Below, in pieces: positions 36,159 to 46,266 of a stretch of 56,406 nucleotides of DNA. A program made the position numbers and the translations under genes. Every line of letters starts with the position of its first letter. Position 1 is the first letter of the stretch. Location: positions 132,396,355-132,452,760 of the forward strand of contig NC_068984.1 of the NCBI RefSeq assembly GCF_001194135.2, read 5' to 3'. This DNA comes from Octopus bimaculoides (lineage: Eukaryota). The notes beneath the pieces were generated by a model. That model was not told the DNA's origin. It saw only the letters and a program-made list of their open reading frames with translations, and searched no databases.

Positions 36159-36400
36159 CAGTCAGAACTCTTCTCTTACAAGACAATATCCCACAATGCA
36201 TTTGCAGTACCAGTGCTGATTCCAACATTCCGGATCCTTGACAGGTCTGTAGAGGAAACCCACTCCATAGACATTAAAACCTGCAAGATACTGACATCAA
36301 CTATTTCTGTGGAGATTTCCAGTTGGTGTCAGAATCTTGTAGGTTTTAACATAGAGGTTCAAATACACCATCGACAATACTGTCACGACCATCACTTACA
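36159..36400 (+). mobile_element. R4/Dong-like non-LTR RT fragment with fold-back, copy 1
   Basis: ISHNAFAVPVLIPTFRILD...IDIKTCKILT resembles the R4-clade AIN.FAVPVL.YSFGILDW...LD.KTRKIL region. Confidence 0.6.
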
Positions 36401-36744
36401 ACAGTCACTTCTGTCTCATCACTAACCATCTCTCCTCACATTCTTCTGCTAGCATTTTGTTGTGTTTGAAGACAGAACACTTTATTCTACATTGCCTCAC
36501 TTTACCTGAGATTGTACCATGAAACCAGAGCATCATCAACATTTTACTCTTACTTGTTTCAGTCATTTGACTGCAGCCATGCTGGAGCACTGCCTTTAGT
36601 CAAACAAATTGACCCCAGGACTTTTTCTTTGTAAGCCTAGTACTTATTCTATTGGTCTCTTTTGCCAAACCACTAAGTTACAGGGATGTGAGTATACCAA
36701 CATCGCTTGTCAAGCGATGGTGAGGGGACAAATACACACACACA

Positions 36745-36908
36745 CATCATCATCATCCATTTCACGTCTGCTTTCCATGCTGGCATGAGTTGGACGATTT
36801 GACTGAGGACTGGCGAACCAGATGGCTGCACCAGGCTCCAATCTGATCTGGCAGAGTTTCTACAGCTGGATGCCCTTCCTAACACAAACCACTCCAAGAG
36901 TGTAGTGA
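36745..36908 (-). mobile_element. SINE family A tail, minus orientation
   Basis: Reverse complement of the segment at 1-143. Confidence 0.85.
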
Positions 36909-37195
36909 GGGCCAGTCTTAAGCCCTTCACTCCCTGTGGGGCATTGGCCATCAACAGCTTTTTTCCACTGTTCATGACTCTTAAGCTGTCCTGTTCACTT
37001 GAAGACCTGTTGTGGCCGATGACAGTACCACCTGACCGGCTCCCATGCCGGAAGCACGTAAAAAGCACCATTCAAGCGTGGTTGATGCCAGTGCCGGCTG
37101 ACTGGTCTCATCTCATGCCAGTGGCACGTAAAAGGCACCATTCAAGCGTGGTCAATGCCAGTACTGCCTGACTGGCCCTCATGCTGGTGGTATGT

Positions 37196-37359
37196 AAAAA
37201 GCACCCCCTACACTCTTGGTGTGGTTAGCGCTAGGAAGGGCATCCAGCTGTAGAAACTTCACCAGATCAGATTAGAACCTGATTTGCCTGCCTTCAGTCA
37301 AACTGTCCAACCCATGCCAGCATGGAAAGTGGACGTTAAACAATGATGATGATGATGAT
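37196..37359 (+). mobile_element. SINE family A tail, plus orientation
   Basis: GGAAGGGCATCCAGCTGTAGAAAC...(GAT)n. Confidence 0.85.
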
Positions 37360-37898
37360 TATCTAGCCTGATACAAACTTTGATTTAATGAAGCTGTTGA
37401 CCTTGCCCTCAATAAGAACCAATGGCAAAAATCAGCTGGTCAGTAATGAGTGCACAATATCTCTTATGTTGTGCACTACCCCTTATGAAAATGTAATTAG
37501 GTGTTGAAAATAATATTGCTTTCAAATTTTGGCATTTGATTATATCGACCTCAGTACTCAACTGGTACTTAATTTATCAGCCCCGAGAGGATGAAAAGCA
37601 AAGTTGAACTCAGAACATACAGACAGATGAAATGCCACGAAGCATTTCATTTTCTACATTGGGCAGAATGCTTCACGGTTTTAGGCTATCTTTACATTCT
37701 AAGTTCAAATTCCCGCCAAGGTCAACTTTGCCTTTCATCCTTTCAGGACCAATATAATAAGTACCAGTTGAGTACTGGGGTCATTCCAAAGCTGTTAATA
37801 TGTTGGTATTAATGACATTAACAAACAATTTTAAAAACTATTTAATAAAAATCATTTTATATTTTTTAATTGTTATATAACTTTTTTTTTTTTCACAG

Positions 37899-37923
37899 AC
37901 TTGGACCATCCAGCTGATGTCCA
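37899..37923 (+). CDS. ZBTB8OS: Archease exon 2 (25-nt microexon)
   Basis: Long T-run, cacag|AC TTG GAC CAT CCA GCT GAT GTC CA|gtaagt = YLDHPADVQ. Confidence 0.93.
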
Positions 37924-38455
37924 GTAAGTTCCAACTCCTTTACCCCTTTTAATACCAGCCCATCCCAAACTGCCTATGATACAAGCTTTATAATTTTGAA
38001 CCTTTGCCTGTTCTGTGTATCATATGTGATACAAAGGACATAGTTTCTTAGTGTCCATGCTTTATGTATGATACACAATCATAATTTTATTTCAACCACT
38101 AAAGTAACTTGGAACTTATGAAAAGAAAGCCTTATATTACTCAGAATGTATGAAGCAAAGCCTAGCTAAAAACTTGAAAACAGTCATAGCCATTTAGGAG
38201 AAGCTTATGAAAATGCTTTGAATAGGAAGAGTTAAAGTGGTTGGTCTAAATTAAACCCTTCCATCAAAATTTCATATTTATTTATGTCATAAACACCAGC
38301 TTGATAATGACAAAGTTATTTTACTAAATTCTTCTTCATTTTGAAATGAAACAATGGCAGAAATATGGTAACAAAAGGGTTAATACATTCTTAGAAAGAT
38401 CCACAAGTACCTATTATATCAAGGATTCTAATTAACTGAAATATGATTTGTTTTC

Positions 38456-38770
38456 TAGTTGTAGTAACATAATTCACTGTATATCTAGTTGTTGTGAGAT
38501 AATTCACTTTAATCTGTACTTGTAGTAATATAATCCCCTGTATATGTAGTTGTAAGGACATAATCCTTCGTTTAGGTAGTTATAATGACATAATTCTGTG
38601 TATTTGAATCTGTATTGATATTATCTCTTATATCTAAAATGAACTCCTATACATTTTTTGTACAAGAGATTATGTAACTATGACTACATAATTTACATAG
38701 GTAATTGTAATGACGTTAAACTCTGTGCCTGAAAATGTAATGATATAATCTATGCATGCAGTTGTAACTC
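38456..38770. repeat. Degenerate ~30-bp minisatellite
   Basis: Successive units such as CTAGTTGTAGTAACATAATTCACTGTATAT and GTACTTGTAGTAATATAATCCCCTGTATAT. Confidence 0.65.
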
Positions 38771-39000
38771 CACAATCTGAATGGTGCTGATGATCCCAAG
38801 ATGAAAACAAGACATTTGTACTTAGAGCCAGAGCTGGTTTCAGCTGGGTTGGTAACGAAAGGTTAAGAAAAATGTCCAGTCATAGAAACCATATCAAAGC
38901 AAACACTGGAGAATAATCCAGTCCTTAGGCTCATCTAATCCTGTCAAACTGTCTCACGCATGCCAGCATGAAACATGGATATTGTTTTTGTTGTTGTTGT

Positions 39001-39032
<32 letters not shown>

Positions 39033-39289
39033 GTTCCCTGTACTTTGTAAGTGTAGTGACATAAACCCCTATATATTTCATTAGTTTTAGTGGCATTCTT
39101 TAACTTCAGGCATTTATAGGTGAAATATGCTTCCCCATGCCATGCAAGGAATTTTTTTTGTCTTCCATTGTCTTTGGTAGGTTTTCAATTTCATGTTGCT
39201 TATCTCTATTAGCAACATCAACAGAGTTGAGTGGTTTTCATCCCTTATTAGGATGTGAAAGTCTTCAAAACATAACATCTGACTTGATC

Positions 39290-39535
39290 TGGTATTCAGT
39301 ATGATAGCAAAGCATACTCTGCTTTTAGCAATAATAGTGGAGTTGGAGAGAATGTGTGTCCATAAGTCTACACTTTGGTCTTGTGTTCACATCCCATGTT
39401 TTGAGCTCTCATGAAAAACCTGGTGTATGTACCATGAAGACAACCTCAAAACTCCTTCATAGTCCAGGTTTCAGCTCCAATGAGAAGAATGCTCTCTGCA
39501 TAAACCCTAAAGAAGGACTTGGAAGTATTTGATTG
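39290..39535 (-). mobile_element. Decayed RTE-like LINE fragment
   Basis: Minus translation KSFFRVYAESILLIGAETWTMK...GTYTRFFMRAQN resembles RTE FFRA.VESVLLYG.ETWT...DG.YTR.LR; contains stops. Confidence 0.55.
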
Positions 39536-39919
39536 ACAGCAGTGGTGTATGGTGTTTGTTGTATTGGGTATGCTGCCACACCCAATGCCACCAAATTTCA
39601 ATCCATTAAGATTTGTGATTGAATTAATGAGTAAGGTTAATATTTATAATGAATTTGCCATTTTCGAGGGGTGTACAGCACACACCTAGCAACACCCAGA
39701 ATATACACCCCTAACTGACAGATGTTTTGAAGCTTGTTACAGATACTCCAAGTTTGTCCCTTGTGTTTCGGGAAGTCTTTCTTCTGACTGGCAATTAGTC
39801 CAATGTAGCTTCATTTTGTCTTGTTATTTCTTTGCGATAGCTGTGAACTTTAATTTGTTTCATTTCTGTTATTAATAATGATTTAAACCTTTTACTTTCG
39901 TCTTCTATTGTCTTTTCAG

Positions 39920-39930
39920 AATTCATGCCT
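39920..39930 (+). CDS. ZBTB8OS: Archease exon 3 (11-nt microexon)
   Basis: tcttttcag|A ATT CAT GCC T|gtatcc. Supplies the conserved Q-IHA-W residues; phase 2-1 exactly bridges exons 2 and 4. Confidence 0.9.
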
Positions 39931-39939
39931 GTATCCTTT
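39931..39939 (+). promoter_or_regulatory. U12-type 5' splice site
   Basis: GTATCCTTT matches the minor-spliceosome RTATCCTT consensus. Confidence 0.9.
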
Positions 39940-40521
39940 AAAATCTAATAAATATTTGAAGCTATGTTGTCACTGATCATCACTGTCACTATCATCACTA
40001 TCATCATCATCATCATATTCAATCCATTTCACTTATCATTGCATCCCATGAAATATAGTTTGCTGCTCAAGTTGCAATGATATCAATATTTTACATATTT
40101 GACATAAAGCCATGAATTTGAATAGGAAGGGAATCTTAGATTCAGTATATCCCCCAGTAGTTGATTAGTACTTTTATTGCCACGTGAAAGGATAGAAGAC
40201 TAAAGCAATGAGGCGAGGGTTTGAATGCAGAAAGCAGAAGGACTCAGTTAAACATCACAAAGCTAGCCTACAGTTGACTGCTTCTGCTATTCTGCTACTC
40301 TACAATCATCATCATCATCATCATTTTAATATCCACTTTTCCATGCTTGCATGCATTGAACAGATTTTATTGAGGTAGATTTACTACAGCCGGATGTCTT
40401 TCCTGTTGCCAACACTTATCTGTTTCCAAGCAAGGTAATATCTCCCTGTGGCCAGATATGTTTTTGCAGAATATTGGAAATGAATCACATTAATTTACAA
40501 CAATCATGCAATGCCAAGGCA

Positions 40522-40576
<55 letters not shown>

Positions 40577-40577
<1 letters not shown>

Positions 40578-40815
40578 AGTCAGAATTCTCCTCTTACAAC
40601 AAGGCAATATCCCATAATGCATTTTCAGTACCTGTGCTGATTCCAACATTTCGGATCCTTGACAGGTCTGTAGAGGAAACCCACTCCGTAGACATTAAAA
40701 CCTGCAAGATACTGACATCAACTATTTCTGTGGAGATTTCCAGTTGGTGTCAGAATTTTGTAGGTTTTAACATAGAGGTTCAAATGCACCATCGACAATA
40801 CTGTCATGACCATCG
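40577..40815 (+). mobile_element. R4/Dong-like non-LTR RT fragment with fold-back, copy 2
   Basis: SEFSSYNKAISHNAFSVPVLIPTF...; highly similar to 36159-36400, including the hairpin. Confidence 0.6.
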
Positions 40816-40852
40816 TGAACAATCATCACTCATGAGTCATCACCACTCATAT

Positions 40853-40861
40853 TTCCTTAAC
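40853..40861 (+). promoter_or_regulatory. U12-type branch point
   Basis: TTCCTTAAC ends 14 nt before the intron end (AG at 40874-40875); no long polypyrimidine tract. Confidence 0.9.
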
Positions 40862-40875
40862 TGACATCTCTCTAG

Positions 40876-40907
40876 GGGGCAACACACTTCAGGAGTCTTT
40901 TGAACAG
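40876..40907 (+). CDS. ZBTB8OS: Archease exon 4 (32 nt)
   Basis: ctag|GG GGC AAC ACA CTT CAG GAG TCT TTT GAA CAG|gtaaaa = WGNTLQESFEQ. Confidence 0.92.
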
Positions 40908-42262
40908 GTAAAAACCTTCCATTTTTCTATAAATCAATGATTTCTTAAAGCTTCAGATTTATATTCTAATTAAGTAAAATTGGATTTTGTGTCGTTCATA
41001 CATTTGCACAAAATTATGTATAAAACATGTGAATTAATGTCCAGTCAAGGATCAAAATACATTTGCAGATTTAGTTTGTTACAAGCAGATGTAGGTGAGT
41101 GATTAAGAAGCTTGCTTCCCATCCAGATGGTTCCGGGTTCAGTCCCACTGCGTGGCACCATGGGCAAGTGTCTTCTACTATAGCCTCAGGCTGACCAAAG
41201 CCTTGAGAGTGAATTTGGAAGATGGAAGTTAAAAGAAGCCCATTGTGTGTGTCTCTCTCTCTCTGTGCAGTGAGTGATAGTGGTAAACAATCGTACAGGC
41301 AATTTCATTCATTACCAATATTCTGCAAAAGCATCTGGCCATGGAAACTGGTGAGGGTTGGCCAATTGGAGGGCATAAAGGCATCCAGCTGTAGAATATC
41401 TGCTTCAATAAACTCCACTCAGCCCATGCAAGCATGGAAAAGAGAACATTAAAATGATGTTGTTGACATTACAACATCATGTGTTATGCTTTTCTCTTCT
41501 GAATGACATCCTGGATACGTAATGATGGCTAAGCCTAACTAAGCTTATTGAGTTGAGCTTATGGTACCGTGTAAGCCCAAATCCTAACACAGACATTTTA
41601 TTGTACATTAGGAAAATACATTATGCGAGCACAGAAAAGTGGAAGTTAAATGATGACAGCTATTATTATTATTGTTGTTGTTGTTGTTGTTAAGGCAGTA
41701 AGTTGGCTGAATCATTAGGGCGCTGGGTAAAGTGTTTAACATTTCATCCTTCTTTATAAATACCAGTCAAGTACTGGGGGTCAATGCAATCAACTAGCAT
41801 CCCACTCTCCCAAAATTTCAGGTTTTGTGCCTTTAGTAAAAAGGATCATTGTTGTTATCATCATCATCATCATGAAGGTGGTGAGCTGGCAGAATCATTA
41901 GCATGCTGGACAAAACACTTAGCAGTATTTCACCCATCACTACATTCTGAGTTCAAATTCTACCAAGGTCAACTTTGCCTTTTATCCTTTCTGGGTCAAA
42001 AAATTAAGTACCAGTCAAGTACTAGGGTTTATGTGATTGACTGTTCCCCTCCCCACTAAATCCAGGCCTTGTGCCTATAGTAGAAAGGATCATTATTATT
42101 ATTTCATTCATCTTTACGTTTTGAGTTCAAATTCTGCCGAGGTTGACTTTGCCCTTCATCCTTTCGGGGTTGATAAATTAAGCACCAGTGAAATACTGGG
42201 GTCAAAGTAATCGATTAGTCCCCTCCCCCAAAATTTCAGACCTTGTGCCTTTAATAAAAAGG

Positions 42263-42287
42263 ATTATTATTATTGTTATTATTATTA

Positions 42288-42331
<44 letters not shown>
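42263..42331. repeat. (ATT)n microsatellite, tail of a family B SINE just upstream of the exon 5 acceptor
   Basis: Direct repeat visible in the sequence. Confidence 0.9.
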
Positions 42332-42333
<2 letters not shown>

Positions 42334-42359
42334 AGTGTTTTTCTTTGTTTCTGTTGCAG

Positions 42360-42438
42360 GCGGCCATGGCAATGTTTGCTTACATGACAAATATAGAAAC
42401 AGTTGATATGATGGAAAGACAAGAAATTAAAGCTACTG
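42360..42438 (+). CDS. ZBTB8OS: Archease exon 5
   Basis: ttgcag|GCG...ACT G|gtaggt = AAMAMFAYMTNIETVDMMERQEIKAT. Confidence 0.93.
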
Positions 42439-42879
42439 GTAGGTAGCAGACACATTGTTCTTCTCTTGTATTTGTTTTAAGGCTGTGATGAGCGTCAAGT
42501 GTTTGACTTTCAACTCAAAGTTATTGAAATAAAAGTAATGAGATGGAAATAGTGATTGAAATGCAATGTAGTAAAGAAGAGATAAAAAAAAAAGAAACTG
42601 TTCGAAGGCACAAGCACTTACACTCACATGTACACATACGGCGATAACTTCCGCCTATCAAACTCAATTACAAGGCTTCAGTCAGCCCAAGGCTATAGCA
42701 GAAGACCCTTGCCCAAGGTGCCATGCTGTGGGACTGAACCTGAAACTAGCTTCCTAACCACACAACCTTGGTATATTCTTTTATTGCTTTTAAGACCTTC
42801 CACTTTTCAGATTTACATAGTCTCTCTAGAACTACATCACTCAATGTGCCTTTTTTGTCTTCATGATTGAACCAAATTC

Positions 42880-43338
42880 GATGACTGGCACTTGTGCCAG
42901 TGGAGCACTAAGAGCACCGTCCAAGCATGATCATTGCCAGAGCAGCTGTCTGGCTTCCGTGCCTGTAGCACGTAAATAGCACCATTTGAGCGTGATCGTT
43001 ACCAGCGTCGCCTTACTGGCACTTGTGCTGGTGGCATGTGAAAAAACATTTGAGTGAGGTTGTTGCCAGTGCCACTGGACTGGCTCTTGTGCAGGTAGCA
43101 TGTAAAAAACACCATTTTGAGCGTGTCCATTGCCAGTACCGCCTGACTGGCCCTCGTGCCGGTGACACATAAAAGCACCTACTACACTCTCGGAGTGGTT
43201 GGCGTTAGGAAGAGCATCCAGCTGTAGAAACTCTGCCAAATCAGATTGGAGCCTGGTGTAGCCATCCAGTTCACCAGTCCTCAGTCAAATCGTCCAACCC
43301 ATGCTAGCATGGAAAGCGGACGTTAAACGATGATGATT
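42880..43338 (+). mobile_element. SINE family A long variant (tandem GGCAC..GTAAAA modules plus tail)
   Basis: Modular body homologous to 29710-29918 and, inverted, to 47946-48470. Confidence 0.8.
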
Positions 43339-43699
43339 AATNNNNNNNNNNNNNNNNNNNNNNNNNNNNNNNNNNNAGCCATCCAGTTCACCAGTCCTCA
43401 GTCAAATCGTCCAACCCCTGCTAGCATGGAAAGCGGACGTTAAACGATGATGATGATGATGATATATATATATATATATCCAGCTGTAGAAACTCTGCCA
43501 GATCTGGTTGGAGCCTGGTGTAGCCATCCAGTTCACCAGTCCTCAGTCAAATCGTCCAACCCATGCTAGCATGGAAAGCGGACGTTAAACGATGATGATT
43601 AATTTCAGCTATTAGATTGAAGTCTTGCTTGGGTACTACTTCCAAGACTATAGTATAATCAGTTACGTCAAACCCAGTATCTGACTGCAGTTATTGTTC

Positions 43700-43955
43700 T
43701 GATTCATGGCTCACTTCCTGCACTTGTGATGTTTCATCAACCAAGAGGTGGTGGAAGCTTCAATGAAGGAGTTCTTCACCTCGAAAGACGGACAAGAGCT
43801 GGTATCATCATGGAATCAAAAACTGGCCTAAACATGGCTTCAAACAGTGCAACATGATGACCTCTACTTTGAATACTAGACTGCTTTTGTTCTAACGTCA
43901 CGAATAAAGCAAATAAGTTACCAAAATATTGCAGAACTTTTGACTCAACACAATA
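43700..43955 (+). mobile_element. Mariner transposase C-terminal fragment with 3' TIR remnant
   Basis: MAHFLHL*CFINQEVVEASMKEFFTSKD...TWLQTVQHDDLYFEY* (with stop and frameshift), followed by GCAGAACTTTTGACTCAACACAATA. Confidence 0.7.
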
Positions 43956-45801
43956 CTAAACTTAGAAAGGATGATGAATGGGAAAATCAGTGAATTCAAA
44001 ATGCAACAGGATGTAACTAAATACCACTAAAATGACTATTAGTCTGGCACATTACTGACTCTACCATCTGCTATCACTTGTATGGCTATAAATCATACTG
44101 GATTGGTTAACAAACTTCTGTGCTGCACCTTATAATAGTATCTTCTTTACCAGAATTACTTAGAACCCTAAATTTTGCCAGTGCTTGTGATTATTTTATA
44201 GCCCTAAGTCAATCCTGGTTAAGCAGACCTGTGATAAAAACATTCAAGCTATGACCATCGTGTTTTTGTTTCAGGAATAGTGTATCTTGGATTGTATCGT
44301 TCAGTGTGTCCTTTTTTTTTAAGACAGTAGAATGCTATTTTATTATTATTTCTTTTTTGTAAGTTATTGATTTAAGGTAGATTTCACTGCTATTTCTAGG
44401 TAAAACAGTCACACTGAGATCCCTCTGTGTTTGTTTGGCACAAGGAATGATAGCAATAATATTTCTAATATGGGCACAGGGCTACAAAGGGACCATTTTT
44501 TACCATAATTTTAATGAAATTTACTGTCCTACGTGTCTCAGTTAGTTTTGAAAATAATCAAAAATTTGGAGAGATTTAATAAAATAACATTTTTTTTTTT
44601 TTATTAAGTTTATGTCTGGATTGTAAAAAAAGGTGAACATACAAACAACAGAAAATTAAAGCTGAAGGTTCATCATCATCATCATTATCATCATCATCAT
44701 CGTTTAACGTCCGTTTTCCATGCTAGCATGGGTTGGATGGTTCAACCGGGGTCTGGGAAACCAGGAGGCTGCACCAGGCTCCAGTCTGATAACGCCAACC
44801 ACTTTGTGAGTGTAGTGGGTGCTTTTTACGTGCCACCGGGACAGAGGCCAGAGGAGGCTGGAAACGGCCACGATCAGTTGGTGCTTTTTTACGTGCCACC
44901 AGCATGGAAGCCAGTCAAAGCAGCGCTGGCATCGGCCACGTTCGGATGATGCTTTTTACGTGCCACCGGCACGGGTATCACAACTACAATTTCCATTTGA
45001 TTTTGATGTTGATGTACTTGACTCAGTAGGTCTCCTCAAGTACAGCAGGTTGCCCTATGATCCAAGGTACTTTTGAATGGGCTGGGGCTGGTTATGCGAA
45101 ACTGGTGTAGGATACAATCATGAACTCACTTTATTTGCTGGGTCTTCGCAGTCACAGCATATCTCCAGAGGTCTCAGTCTTTTGTTACTAACAATGAGAT
45201 AAAGTGCTGCTCGTATCATATTCTCCATTTTGTCTTTTTAGATGCCAATATTAATCATTCTTTCACTCAGCCATTTGACTCTGACCATGTAAGTTCGCAT
45301 AAAGCTTCCTCAGTAACTTGAAGAAGTTAACCAATATAAATATTTGGATTGACAGAATCACTCAACAAAAACAAATATAATAAAAAAAAAGAAAGATAAT
45401 ATTTACGATACCTTTTTCTACAAGCCAGGGGTTGGTTGAATTTATCAATTTAAACATTTCTATTCTCCGGTCAGTTTTACAACAGGACCAAACACTTTGA
45501 ATATATAATTATTCTTTTCTACTATAGCCACAAGGCCCGAAATTTTTGGGGAGGGGTCCAGTCAATTAGATCGCTCCCAGTACGCAACTGGTACTTAATT
45601 TATCGACCCCGAAAGGATGAAAGGCAAAGTCGACCTCGGCGGAATTTGAATATATAATTATTATTGGAGTTGTACTTAATTTCTTCAGCTGGGTATTACG
45701 ATGAGTTATCTCCCTTGTAATCATTTTTATGCATGAAGTCTAGCATACAGGTTGAAGTACATTTCTTCTCACCAAACTTCATTTCCAATTCCTGATAACT
45801 A

Positions 45802-45997
45802 TCGTATTTGACGGCGTATATAATACGCACACTTTTTTAAAATATATGTTTCAAAAATTAACCCTGGTCCTGTATGCGAATTTGAGCCTATATTACATGC
45901 AATAATGCATTAAAACCCCACTTTTCTCCTGAATATGCGTTGCTGAAATTGAGGTGCATCTAATGTGTCTGTGCGTCTTTTATGCCATTAAAGTCGG
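45802..45997. mobile_element. Degenerate Tc1/pogo-type MITE
   Basis: TA|TCGTATTTGACGGCGTATATAATACGCAC ... GTGCGTCTTTTATGCCATTAAAGTCGG|TA imperfect TIRs. Confidence 0.6.
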
Positions 45998-46183
45998 TAA
46001 CTCTTCATTTCAGGTTCATTATTTAGTTTGTAGTAGTAATAGTAGTAGTAGTAGTAGAGTTATTAGTGCAGAACAGAGCCTCCTCCCATGACTAACTTAT
46101 AAAAATTAAAGTTTTTATCAGCCACAAAGTATAAACTTTGTGTGTGTGTATAAGTATGTTTATAACTTTGATTTTTGTTTCAG

Positions 46184-46266
46184 GTGATGATTTGCTGTCG
46201 CTCTTGTTTCATTTCTTGGACGAATTCTTATTCCTATTCTGTGCTGAACCTTTCTTTATAGTGCGA
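46184..46266 (+). CDS. ZBTB8OS: Archease exon 6
   Basis: tttcag|GT GAT GAT...CGA|gtaagt = GDDLLSLLFHFLDEFLFLFCAEPFFIVR. Confidence 0.95.

Noticed and set aside
42484-42570. GTGATGA box C-like motif in an Archease intron (possible snoRNA)
   Set aside because: No box D (CTGA) at a suitable distance and no terminal stem.
43258-43602. Three tandem SINE tails
   Set aside because: They straddle a 35-N gap and the first and third end in the same GATGATGATTAAT flank; probably a mis-join.
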